DNA of 64,000 bases from Paraspadella gotoi (lineage: Eukaryota > Animalia > Chaetognatha), in assembly GCA_051294375.1 (NCBI GenBank), contig CM119271.1:2432677-2496676 (forward strand). The letters run 5' to 3'. The notes beneath the pieces are model-generated. The model did not search any database. It worked only from the letters and a program-made list of their open reading frames with translations, and was not told where the DNA came from. Positions 43,501 through 59,314 of this stretch are shown here, piece after piece (positions within the stretch are counted from its first letter, which is position 1; each line of letters begins with the position of its first letter). Made by a program: the position numbers and the translations under genes.

Positions 43501-46500
43501 CAACCCTCTCGTCTCCTCGTCCCCGCATTCATCGATCGGCGCCGATCCGGCCGCGTCCCTCGTTTCCGGCGATGCCCCCAAGCTTAACAACTTCCGCACG
43601 CAGTCGGCGTTGCCAGCCTTGGCGGCGACTGCGAGGGGCGTGGCACCGGAAACCGAGTGACGGTGATTGACGTTTACGCCGTCGCTGAGGATGAGACAAA
43701 AAAGTTGGGCGAAGTTGTCTTCGTCTCCGGGATCGGCAAGGATGTCGTTTAGGACGGCGTCCGTTTCCTGATAAATAAATATCATTCAGAGAAGAGTTAT
43801 TGAGGTTGTACATTTAATAGTGGACCTAATTCGAATTACCTGAGCCAGAACGGGATCGACGGGGGGTGCAGCGTCTGCGCGGTCGTCCTCAGTTTTAGCC
43901 GACAACGCCGCCAGGGATTTTACGAGACCGTCGATTTTAGCTCCGCCATCCTCGAGCGGCAAGGAGGCGCCGCGGCTTTTTTTCTTAAACGCCGCTATGG
44001 GTGTCGTTTGGCAATAGTTGGTCATCTGTAGAACGTCCTCTAAAAAGTAATCTTCCACTTCAAACATTCGACCCGGCACGTCGACGACGGCGCAACCAGG
44101 AAAGTAATTCACGAACGTCTTGAGGTTCATGGAGGCCGACATGAGGATTAACCTGGATTGAAGACGACACAATTTTTTTTTGCGGGGATTGAAAAAAAAA
44201 CTATGTCTTTTGCATGATGTTATTGTTTATGTTTCAACAAAAATTATTTATATAAGTCTACGACTAAGTAATAATAATAATTCCCTCATAAATAGTGTAA
44301 TGTAGTATATGAACATCAGTATTTGACTAAAAATTTGTCGAGATGGCACGTGAGACTCAATTATTAGGACTTGTTTGGGTAATTTTTTTTTTCCGAAAAG
44401 AAAACAGAGCAAACAAATAATTGCGGGAATGGTTGAAAAAATATCTTATGTTAACAATAAACGTGAACAAAAAAGGAAAATTGCTATTGTTATTTCCTTA
44501 TTTTAATTTTCATAATATTTTATAATTATCATCACTAAAAATAAGAACATTCCGAATTTACAAATCTGACCTGAGTCTGGGATTCTCCAGCAACAAATTC
44601 TTCAACTCGACGAGCAAAAAATCGGACATCTTGTCTCTCTCGTGAATCTCGTCGACGATGACGTGGGTGACGTTCGACGCCCCGCTCTCCGACATCAAGT
44701 ACCGCAACAGTACTCCGTAAGTGCAAAAGGTGCAAAGCGTCTTCTCCGAGACGGATCCCTCCAGGCGAACCTGGAATCCCACGGTTTCTCCCAGCCTCTC
44801 CCCGCGCTCGCTGGCTATACGTTCGGCGACGGCCATGGTGGCGAGCCGACGGGGCTCGGCGCAAACGAGGCGGCAGGGAGCGCTCCTCTCTCGTTCTCTC
44901 TCGAGGATAAACTGCGGGACTTGCGTCGTCTTCCCGCTTCCGGTTTCGCCGACAACGAGGACGACGCGGTTGGCGTGGATGGCGTCGAGAATCTCGGCGC
45001 GGGAAGGAAAGATGGGAAGGGAGCGGCGAAAGTCGGACAGAGGTGAAGGTTTTGGTGGCGGAACGAGCAGCGGTGGGGCGTTGTGGTTCAGACGCGGCGG
45101 CGCGCGACGAGATTTGGTCGACTTGGTTAAAAAGTCGGCTCGCTGGTGCAGCGCCGGCGCAGCAGCCGCTGCGCCGTTATCTCGCGATCTCAGCGCCGCA
45201 ATAGCCAGCGCCGCTTCGTTCCCCAGACGCAAATCCACGTCTCCCTGGACGATGTTCTCGCTGACTTTGGTGACGGTCAAGCGACGGTCTTCGCCCATTC
45301 CGTAACTCTTGGACTTGAGACCGATTGATTGGCAGTAGCGATGGACGAAGGCGCGCTCAGTGTTTGAGAGGGAAGGAGGGAAGGTGAACTCCATGCGATC
45401 TTCGTTCTTGAGGAAATCCTCCAGGCCTTGGGTCACCACAATCTTGATCTGTGAGAATTTTGTGAAAGGATAATGGGGTAACTTTACTATTCGACGTCCG
45501 CAACCAACCTTAGCTACCAAGGGTAGGTGGTTAGTTAATCCATTACATTTTGTTTTCCCTCTAGCGTCTAATATCAGTTTGCGCATTAATACACACTTTT
45601 TTGCGCAGTAATATAATTTTTTGTTAAATTTTATAAAGATAACAAATTTTTGCGCTGATGAAAGCTTACATTGAAGCCAAAACATGTCCAAAATTTGTTT
45701 CTTAATAAAACTCTTTGTACGTAAATAAACGGTTAGCAATTAGGTTAAAGGTAGTTAGGAATTAGGTGTAGTTAGGGGTAGTTAGGGTTAGGGGTAGTTA
45801 GGGGTAGTTAGGGTTAGGGGTAGTAAGGGTTAGAGGCGGTTTCGAAATGAAACTTGTAATAAAAATTTTTTTTACCTTTACTAGTATCCTTTTTTATTTT
45901 TGCGTAGTAAGATTTTTATACGTCGCTCATTAGAAGCGAAAAACAAATCCCCGACCGCAAAAATCCCGGTCGGCTAATGTAAAAGTTAGCCGGATAATGA
46001 ATACTAAGCTTGCTAATTATTATGGCGTTAACCCGCCATTACTTGTCCAGAGTAAGAACGAAAAATAACTCGCTTATTTGTAATGTTTATGAAATAAATT
46101 TAATTGATGTTAATTTAGTTCAAACAAGAGCGACGCACCTCTTCGGGTATGCAGATGTCGCGGTATTTAAATCCGAAATTCTTCGGCGGAGGAATCGAAG
46201 AGACGCCGCCGCGTCTGGCGAGATTTGCAGGCGCCGACCGCCGACCCTTAGGTAAGGCCCCTCGAACGACGCCGCCGCGATCGTAGGGAAAGGACTGGCG
46301 CGGATGATCTACGCGACTCGCGCTCCATTCGTCAAAGGAAGGTGAGGGTGCGGCGAAACCGCTGGAGGCGGATAGATTAGCATTCGTTCGAGGTGTTTCT
46401 GATCGAGCTTGGTTTCGGTTAAAGCCACCGCCGCCACCGCCGCCTCGCTGAATTCGTTGATTCTGCCCTCGACCAGATCCTCGGCCGAATGGGCGCCCAC

Positions 46501-46567
46501 CGTTCCCTCTTCCGCCACGCCCCTTTCCGCGACCGGCGGATCGCCAACCATCGTTGGGAGACGACAT
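40558..46567 (-). CDS. YTHDC2: YTHDC2 paralog B: RGG-rich N-terminus, intact R3H and DExH helicase, ankyrin insert, HA2, OB-fold; no YTH domain
   Basis: RAFVH (R3H), GETGSGKTTQVPQ, DEIHER, LMSAS, GATPLAVAAKAG, FLPGYDEI, STNIAETS, QRRGRAGR; seven exons; stop at 40558 straight after the DDWIRF region. Confidence 0.9.
42547..42644. repeat. 24-bp tandem repeat (ggtcgcttttaaaaataagggggt), about 4 copies, at an intron 3' end
   Basis: Read directly; the last unit is interrupted by the TRIM and resumes at 43374. Confidence 0.9.
42645..43373 (+). mobile_element. TRIM element 2 with tRNA-like A/B boxes in each LTR (Helenus/TRIMp3-like)
   Basis: LTRs 42645-42900 and 43117-43373 (about 7 differences); 4-bp TSD CTGG (42641-44 / 43374-77); PBS TGGTGAG... 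at 42903; purine tract TGGTGGGGGGA before LTR2; A box TGGCTGAGCAGG (42701) and B box GGTTCAATCCC (42744). Confidence 0.93.
45741..45833 (+). repeat. Interstitial telomere-like (TTAGGG/TTAGGGGTAG) repeat in a YTHDC2-B intron
   Basis: gttaggggtagttagggttaggggtag... read directly. Confidence 0.8.
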
Positions 46568-46873
46568 CTCAGATCTCGCTAAAAATGCGTCAACCCTTCG
46601 TCCATTCTCTTTCTCTCTCTCTCTCTCTCTCCTTTCCTCTCTCAGCAAAAAGAAAATCTATAAAAAAAAAGTCTAAAACGATAAGCATGAGATACACGAC
46701 GAAGGCGAAAAAACGACTACAAATAGTAGGAATGAAGGCCAATCACGATTGGGTTGAAATGGAGAAAAAAAAAAAACATCCTAGACTTGGGCTTTTTTAC
46801 AAAACACTAGATTTCGTACATCTGGGCATTTTTCAAAATTATTTTCTGTCATTTTAATCAAACCAAAAACAAC

Positions 46874-47376
46874 GTACAGAAGACTTCACGTTAGAAAATG
46901 CTCTCCCGTTTTTTTTCGAAGCGAGAATCGGTTCCGATCAAACTACGAGGCCGACTTCGGTGAAATTTTGCACGAATTAATTTTAGGGCTATAGAAATGG
47001 GACTTTCGAGGGAATTTTTTGAAATTTGACCTATGACCCGAGATATGGGGGCCCCTCAGGGGTCAACCGAGGCGGACAAAAAATGGGCAAAATTCTTTTT
47101 AAAAATTTGTCAATTTTTTATCCTGTTCAGAAAAGTACATTTATTATGGCAACAAAAAAACAATTTTCGCAGTTTTCAGGATCATAAACATAAGAGTTTA
47201 TGTCAGCTTTTGAGTGGAGAGCAAAAATTAGATCTAAAATGATGAACCAAAGCAAGTTTTAGGAAGAAAAAGAAATTTAAAATGAAAATTAATTTTTAAA
47301 TGGTTTTTCTACAAAGTTGAGATATAAATGGAATTGATAACACCCAAAAAAATGTTTTTTTCATTTTTATCTTTAT

Positions 47377-47431
<55 letters not shown>

Positions 47432-47628
47432 CGTCATTTTTTGCCACCGTGGGGAGACCACTAAGAGTTCGGGGGTAAAATATTGAAAATCGCATTGATA
47501 GTCCCATTGGTATGGCCATTGGGATACTGTATGCAAAATCATATAGAATTTGGTTCTGTGATTTGGTCAGAACGGATTCTCGGTCAGAAAAACGGGGAGA
47601 GCATTTTCTAATATGAAGATTTCTGTAC
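46874..47628. mobile_element. Diverged long inverted repeat element between WDR82 and YTHDC2-B
   Basis: gtacagaa..cttca..ttagaaaatgctctccc is mirrored by gggagagcattttctaa..tgaag..ttctgtac; similarity continues inward (aatgggact, caaaaaatg). Confidence 0.65.
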
Positions 47629-48243
47629 ATGTTGGACAAACCTTTGTAGAATTTTTAAATTCGAATTCCAACTAATTTTCATTTAAGATTTGATTTTACT
47701 TTTCATTGTGAGCCGCAATCGACGTAAATAATAATTTGTAATAAACTTGTAATAACTTGTAATAAATACAGATAACGTAATATTATAAGCAAAGTAAAAC
47801 GTAAATAAAAAATAAGTTCAAATCGAATTCAAACGTTCAACAAAAGTTTATGTTCAACAGACGTCTGGAAAAAACTGCAAGAGGCTTTTTATAATATTGG
47901 GCGTAATCGGTCCTCGGCGAATGTTGCAGGGGCAAATTGCTTAAAAAATAAAATGTACCTTATAAAAGTGGAATTTTTTCCTAATTGTAATAACTAATAC
48001 GTGACTCTGAAATATGAATTCTGACTTACAAACACAATGACCGAAATCAGAAAGATCTACATAATCTACATAAAAAAGTAACTGGCACGACGCCGACGGG
48101 GAAAAAAATTAACTGTATTGGCAATATAATAATAACAATACTTCAGGATAAAAAATTGACGTAGCTAAAGAGGAACAATGGGCATAAAGAGGATTGGAGA
48201 AGCGAAAACGTGACAAATAATAGAAACACATGTAACGCGTTAG

Positions 48244-49584
48244 TCATTCGTCTCCTTCCGGGATCCAAAATGCCATGTTGTCCGAGGTCGTAACCAACAT
48301 CATATACTGGGTTTAAAAGAAATAATTACCGATGAGTATCATTTAATTTTGTTTTTGGTTTTAAATTTAAATTTGTCCAGACCTTAGGATTAAACTGGCA
48401 ACAATAAATCGCTCCCTTGTGCCTCTCCGAGCTGAACACAGTCTTCGCCCCCGTCTCCACGTGCCAACAGTGCAGCTTCCCGTCCGACGAACCGGAGAAC
48501 AAAAACTGAGCGTCCGGCGAGAAGCTACACTCGAGGGGGCGGCCGCGGGCGTTCTCGTGGCCGCCGAAGGTGTGGGTCACGTGACCTTGGAAAGCATCGA
48601 CGAGCCGAATGAGGGCGCCGTTGGTGTAGACGAGGATGGAGCGGCCGTCGGGGGCGAATTTGAGACCGGCCCACTCCACGCCTTCCTCCTCGTCGGCTTC
48701 GGGGCGTTCGAGGCGGAAAGTGGAGAAGGGGCCTTTGTCGTAGGAGCGAAGATCGTAGAGTTTGATGCAAGAAGAGTCTATGCCGGTGGCGAAGATGAGA
48801 CCCTCGGGGTCGAAGGCCGCAACCTTTTTTCAAGATGAATGATTTGAATTATTAACGTTCACAGCGAATTAACGCGAAGCCGTAACTAAATATAAGATAG
48901 AAAAAGGCAAAGTTTTAAATTTGAACCAAAGTCACTGTCTTCAAAATTACCGGACGAGAAGAGAGATTCATCAACCCCTGGCAGTTATTTGATCGCAAGT
49001 CCCACAACCGGAGAGTCTTGTCAAGACTGCCGCTAAGAAAAGTGTCATCCACTAAAAGATATTGGCGCAATTCGAATTTAAAAGTATTTACTTTTTATTT
49101 TTAATATTTAATTTTACCCGGCGACATGCAGAGGCAGGTGACCTTTTTGGAATGACCCGGAAAGTACCGAATGTATTTGTTATCGTTCAAAGAAAGATAT
49201 CGAATGGTATCATCCACCTTCGTGGAAGCATGTACTGCCTACGGAAAAAAAAAGAAGCCCAATCACTTTCTTAAATTTCAAATAAAATGGAATTTTTCTT
49301 ACAATTTTTAACGGATTGTCACTCTGAATGCAAATCCTCACCCAATAACATACCGTGTCATTATTGTGGGTAAGCTGAATGAGATCGACTCCGTACTTCT
49401 TGCTGTTGAGCGTCCGTTTCGGCGTCCCTTGGACGCAGTCGTAGATGACGATGGCGTCGTCGTCGCTGGAACTGATGAGAAAGTCTCCCGATTGCGAAAA
49501 CGTCACCGAGTTAATCTTGTCCGTGTTCTCTTTAAAGATCTTCGCCACGCGAAAACTCTTCACCGTATTTTCGGTGATCCGCAT
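48244..49584 (-). CDS. WDR82: WD repeat protein 82 (Swd2)
   Basis: [68 protein letters not shown]; five exons. Confidence 0.96.
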
Positions 49585-50141
49585 GACGAAGATTGTTTTT
49601 ATGACGCCCCCCAAAAGGTAAGTTCAGGGGAGGATTGGGTCCCCAAATGATTTTTAACTCATTTCTGCGTAGAGTGCGAAAAAATCCGACGGGTAAGGGA
49701 AGAAAAAAAAAATTTAACGGCTCGGGATCGTGCTTAAAGAATTACAAAAACGAATAAATAAAGGATCTCGGCGCGCCGGTTGAAGAGTGGGTTTTTAACC
49801 ATTTTTTTAGTCAGAAAAAAAAAAAACAAAGTCACAACTACTACTAATCGTTACGAATAAGATTTTCGGTAAATCGAAAAATAGACGTATAAAAATGAGG
49901 AAACAGAAGCCACGTTCAAGAAAAAAAAAAGTTTTTAACCAACCATTTACATTTTTTTTTACATTTAAAAAGGCAGATAGAGAAAAAACGAGAGACATTT
50001 AATAATAAAGAAAACATCAATCGATCACGATATTTTTTTTTTTAGTAAAGTCATAGAATTCTTCCATTTTTTAATATCGATAAAAACGCGGGTAAAGAAG
50101 AGCGGCGACGGCGGTGGCCTCCTCGCTTTCTCCCCCAGTCT

Positions 50142-53974
<3,833 letters not shown>

Positions 53975-54586
53975 CTAGAAATAAAGCGTTCTAAAGACGT
54001 ATAAAAATTGTTAAAGAGGTAACGTAGGTAAAAGAGTAGACAGTAGAAGAGAAAACTTTGTAAATAATTTCGTGTATATCCGAAAGAAAAATAAAAAAAA
54101 GGGGTCAAAAAATCGACATTTGTTTAAGCAAAAGGCTTTTATTTGGCGTCAAAAATAAAAAAGTTCTTATGTAAATAATAAAAGTCGCATCATTGCACGA
54201 ATACTTTAAATTCACACGTATTTAAAAGTTAACTTTCGAGCAGAATTGTCATATTTTCTCAAATGAATTATGATACTGCCATATATATCCAAATGTCATC
54301 GCTATGAGTAAATAGTGCATAGAAAATGTATGAAAATATTTTATGTACGTAGTAGCAAAATGAAAATGATTACAATTTTTTTGGGGGGACAATAATAAGG
54401 CCTCAGTTGGTTTGTTTGGAAGCAAACTATATTTTTTTTGAAACACGATTGATGATGACCCTGATAGAGTTAGAAAAATTGCTTTCACAAAAAGCAACAC
54501 GAGATTTCCCCCCCATAAATAACAAAAGGCATCCGAAAATTTTTAAAATAACCATCTTCTGTGTTAAACAATTAACCCAGCAAATT

Positions 54587-55960
54587 TTATTCGTTAAATC
54601 CCTTTCCTTTCATCTCGATCAGACTGCCCAGGACCGAGCGGCTCTGCGTCATGGTCCGCCTGATCTCGGCGGCCATCGCGTCGAAGGACATGTTGTCCGA
54701 CAAAGAGACGTCGTCGAGCTTGAAGCGGAATCCGGCCGAGGAGGCGGCGGCGGCCAAGTGTTGGTCGCTCTCCGGCATACCCGCGCCCAGTTCCGAGCTG
54801 TAGAGACTGGCGGCGTCGGCGACGGCGAATCGGTTGGTCGACGAACGACTGGAAACGAAGTCGACATCGAGGAACCTCGCCTCTCCGATCGCGTCCTTCA
54901 TCGGCGTCGAATGGTAAGTCGGGCGATAAAGGCCATCGTCATCGGCAACAGCATCGCCGCCGCCCAAGTGCTTGTCAAGCTGTTCCTGCAGATACTCGAT
55001 CTCGGCCAAACGATGACGGTGGCGCTCGGCCGCCTCGAGGTCGGCCCAAGAGTAAGAGGAACTAACGGAGCGGGAACGCCCCCGTTCGGCGGGGAAGGCG
55101 GATTCGATCGGGGAATCGCGAGAGGCCAAGCAGGGCTCGTTGGATTCGCTTAGAACGCGAGGCCCATCGCCCTCTTTGAGAGTGTAACGACGAACGGTTC
55201 CATCGGAATAAGATTCCGTGATGATTTTCCAACGAATTTCTTCCGTTTCTGTGACCCAATGATCCTCTTCTTCTTTAAGGGTCGCATCGTTGTCATCGTC
55301 GTCGTTTCCTTTATTCAGATCATCGATCGTCATTTTTGTCTCCGCTTCGGCGTTCGCCTCAAACTTTTGTTCGGCCGCCAAGCTCCACTCTTGGGCCAAA
55401 CCTATTTCTTCCTTAATCTTAGAACTTTCGGAATCTTGGACTTGGAAATTAAAGACCGCACCGTCGTCTTCACCAAACTTGTGAATATCCACATCGCGAC
55501 CATCGAATCTGTGATTGCCCGCGCCATTCAAATCAAGAATAACAGCGTCTTCTCTTTTTCCGATGCCATCGACTCCTTGCGTCTTTGATCCTCCGTCATG
55601 GTCGACCAAATCTCTTAGGATTTCCGTCGTCTGATTAATGACGATGGTGTGGGCGAGAATAGGCGCAGGCTTGTATTTAACCGATCGCGTGATCTCCCGG
55701 TGAACGTTTTCCAGCGGCGCCAGGCTGTGAAAGGAGCCTCCCTTGGCGTGGACAGTCTTCCTGACTACCTGAGGGCTTTTGCCGACGGTGCCAAAAAGCC
55801 TAACCATGGGCGGGGCGATGGTCTCGTCGAAATAGCCGTTTTTGGCCGAGACGGAAGGGGGATTTGGTTGAAACGTAAACGGACCGTGTTCGTCGGAAAA
55901 CTGGCGGCGAGGATAACGTGACCGCTTCGGAAGCGTTACGATTTTTTTACCGACTTCCAT
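54587..55960 (-). CDS. Uncharacterised acidic protein, about 457 aa, no domain recognised
   Basis: Long uninterrupted ORF with the same GC/codon style as neighbouring exons; first ATG at 55960. Confidence 0.65.
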   Translation of the reverse strand: MEVGKKIVTLPKRSRYPRRQFSDEHGPFTFQPNPPSVSAKNGYFDETIAPPMVRLFGTVGKSPQVVRKTVHAKGGSFHSLAPLENVHREITRSVKYKPAPILAHTIVINQTTEILRDLVDHDGGSKTQGVDGIGKREDAVILDLNGAGNHRFDGRDVDIHKFGEDDGAVFNFQVQDSESSKIKEEIGLAQEWSLAAEQKFEANAEAETKMTIDDLNKGNDDDDNDATLKEEEDHWVTETEEIRWKIITESYSDGTVRRYTLKEGDGPRVLSESNEPCLASRDSPIESAFPAERGRSRSVSSSYSWADLEAAERHRHRLAEIEYLQEQLDKHLGGGDAVADDDGLYRPTYHSTPMKDAIGEARFLDVDFVSSRSSTNRFAVADAASLYSSELGAGMPESDQHLAAAASSAGFRFKLDDVSLSDNMSFDAMAAEIRRTMTQSRSVLGSLIEMKGKGFNE

Positions 55961-56159
55961 ATCAGGTTGCAAATTTTTAAATTTCTTGACGACGCAGCCC
56001 TACGATGCATACTTACTCCACGAGCGTGGGGGACCGGACCTATGAGGTATAAACAAAAATGATTCATTCGAAACAAAGAGGCTTTGTTATCCCGAAAATG
56101 AAAGAACCAACGATTCATTTCTCAGCAATACCAGAAAATGAACTTTTGAGACCTTTCGA

Positions 56160-56445
56160 CTCGTAATTGCGTAACGATTGCCAATCACGATCGCTCACCT
56201 TAACATGACGTCAGTTTAACGGGATAATGAAGTTGCAAGTTTTTCTGCTTCTGCTTCCGGTTCCGGCGAGTGCGCGGTGATTCCCCCGAGTCCCGCTCCG
56301 CGTCGCTCGCATTCGAATCCCGGATCTTTAATTTTTTATTTTTTTTCGACAAAAGGACATCGACTCTCAAATCTATTCCTCTCTTCCCATTTATCTCCTC
56401 ATGCGCGCGACGGGCCTCGTAGGCGAAACCTGCGTCACGTGAGCA
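56160..56445. promoter_or_regulatory. Putative bidirectional promoter
   Basis: Lies between the two divergent gene runs: TTGCGTAA (56167), CCAATCA (56181), CRE TGACGTCA (56206-13), tandem ETS-like CTTCCGGTTCCGG (56254-66), E-box GTCACGTGA (56434-42). Confidence 0.55.
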
Positions 56446-56975
56446 AAAACGTGGTTTCCTTCGCGAACGATATTAAATGATGAAAAAATAATTATTATGC
56501 TTGATATATTACTCGGTAATTTTTTTACGCCATTGTTTATAGTCGCTGATCGGTTTAACGCTTTGCATTAACCATCGCATTCTCGCAAATAAGTAATGTT
56601 TTTGTTCTTAGACATGCCCCTTTCAAAGCGGGGGATTTTGCACTATGCTCGAACGGGGCCACGTCTGATTTATGAGCAGCGGCGCTAGCTGTTGTGGTTA
56701 TCCAGACTTAGTCTTCATTTTGTTTATTGGCGATTTTACCGGAAAAATAATGATGGAAGATGCGAGTCTGATTAAATATGAGTGCATTGAATTTTACTTC
56801 GAGTCCAAAATTTTCAAAACATTTTTGAAAATGGATATGTTGGTGATAGCACGGAAATCTTGGGGAAAATTTAATGTTTCTACCAAATGTACTTAATTCT
56901 TTATGATGTCTGGTTCAAGCAATATATCCGTCATGTTCTCTTCTCAACCTACGCTTGAAGCGAAAAAAGGTAGGC

Positions 56976-59181
56976 ATGCACATTTCCAAGAAATTATTAG
57001 GTAACATTCAAGTGACCGATGACTTTTTCATCGAAGGTTCGAGCGGTAGCGAGGTGCCTTTGGACGAAATTCAGAAGCGTTTTTTTCTTCTTCGCGAAGA
57101 CGGAGGCGTCGGTTGTAGATTTTGCCCGGATTTTCTCACAAAAGAACAGAAACGTCCTCTCTACCCTCTTCGTGACCACGTTCATAGTGTCCACTACAAT
57201 ATTTTACCCTACCGCTGTCTCGATTGCACTTTCAAGGTTAAACGATGAAAACGTGTATTTTAGTCATTCCTGTTATTATTTTATTAAGTTCAAATTAAAA
57301 TAGTTATAAGCCTAGTTTTAACAAATGATTTCAGACAAGCTCCTACCGTGTCTCCTTCGCCCACGCTCAAGCCGCCGGCCACCGGCGTCAGATAGTTCAA
57401 CGCTCATCTTCGAACCCATCCTCCTCCTCCTCCTCCTCTTCCTCGTCTCTCTTGGCAGAGAATCGCGACTCCTCCGTCAAGGCAACAAAGAAGAAGCGAA
57501 AGTCGAACCCTATGGGTGACGGGTCGTCAGGCGAGCGTTCCCCTTGGTCGTCTGGCGACCAGCCAGCGGGATCGTCTCTTGCCGACGAGGAGGAATCAGT
57601 GGTTCTCGAGGATTCGATCGACGAAGAGGATTTGGAAGTGGCGGGGTCAGTTTGGTCAGAGAGTATCTATGCGGGTTTCGCCGGATTCGTGGTCGACGCG
57701 AGTCTTGGATCAATTTAGCTCAAACAAGAAAAAAAATAGCGGTCGATTGTATTAAGCTAATTTCTCCGAATTAAACTGTTAATACAACCAAAAACTATAA
57801 TAAGATAACATTTCGGTGCAAGTGCAATCAAATGATATAGATGGCTATTTTCAATTTTATCAATCTCAATTCCTCAGCGCCGCTCCCTCCGATCGCGTCG
57901 CGCCGTCAGCGAGGATCAAAGACACGGAATCCGTTGACAACTCTTATGTCGTTCCCTCTTTCCTTCCGACGCCCCCTCTCACTCAAAGGATCGAGAAAGA
58001 ATATTTTCGATACGACATCGAAGGTTTTAAAGTGACTTGAAGACAGACCAGTTCTATCGGGATAACGAACGCATTGTTTAATGTACATTATTCTGATTAA
58101 GGAATGCTCCAATGCTCGAAGTGCTCCTTCAAAGTCCGCTCCGCCTCCAACGACGGCCCCAGTTCTAAGAAAACGCTTCTCGAGCACGTCTACGCCGTCC
58201 ACATCGAGAATCTTCCCTGGACGTGCAAGGATTGTCAGTTTAGCACCAAGTTCCGATCAAACCTGACGCGTCACTGCCGCAAGATGATTCACGCCCCCAA
58301 CGAAAAGCGGAACGCTCCTCCGGGCGACAAGGAGCCGGACACGCGGGTCGTCGCCGCCTCCGCTAAACGCGTTAAGTGGACGTGGGCAGGGACGAAGATG
58401 GACGGTGACGAAAATCGATCAGGGGACGACGAGAGATTCGGGTGAGAAGATGATGACTTGTGAGATTTAGTGACGACGAGCCGCCGTTAATGAAGGCATT
58501 ATTTCTTTTGCGTTTAGCCCGATGGGACACGTCGATGGCGACCGAGGAAAAAAGTATCCCTTACCGCAAGTAAGTAATTTTCGCTTACGTTGGTAAAGCT
58601 TGTCGTCTGCATTCGAGGTCCAGGGGTATCGACCCCTTCGCCGTTCTGAAAAACATTTTAAACATTATTTTGTAATTTTCAAATACATACTTTAAATAAA
58701 AACAGTCTTCAATCGGAGTTTTAACCCTTCATTTCAGATAACCCCGTCAGATCGGCTTTCTTGGTCGCGAAAGCGAAAATCCCATCAAGTCGCAAAATCG
58801 GAGAATGAAGACCAGTTTCTTCTTCCTCCGGAAAACGAATCTTTCACTCTCTCGTCGCCAGATCGCGTCTTGGACGTCGACGACGACGATCCAAAGCTAG
58901 ACGAAATCCTCTCAGACGAGGACGCTCGAGCCCAGAGACACACGCGTCTTCTCGACGACGGCGTTCAATGCAACATTTGCGGGTTTTTGATTCGCAAAAC
59001 TCCGCGACTCGCAGATCCTTTGACCGCCATGTTGAGCCACGTCTGGCGACATTTCGAGTCCGAGTCGAGAGACGGGGATTCCGACGCCGAGTTTCACGCG
59101 CGGGATGCGATGGAACAAAGCGAAGGGAGGAAGTCTGAGGGCGTTGTCCTGGACGGGTCCGTCCAAGGCGACGAGGATTGA
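56976..59181 (+). CDS. Multi-C2H2 zinc-finger protein (start and some junctions uncertain)
   Basis: CRFC...HVHSVH, YRCLDC, CSKC...HVYAVH, WTCKDCQFSTKFRSNLTRHCRKMIH, CNIC...HVWRH across several exons. Confidence 0.7.
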
Positions 59182-59314
59182 AGTCATTTCCTCCTTTCCG
59201 TTGCGCCCCCTCGACGTTCGTCGTATTCTGCTCCTTCTGCTTTACTCAAAACAGACTATTTAAAAAAAACTTTCGCGTATTTATTTAGATTTAAAACACA
59301 TCTTGAAAAAAAAA

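Noticed and set aside
56300-56325. B-box-like attcgaatcccgg; similar ggctcgagtcc at about 2028-2038 (minus)
   Set aside because: No A box or cloverleaf at the proper spacing.
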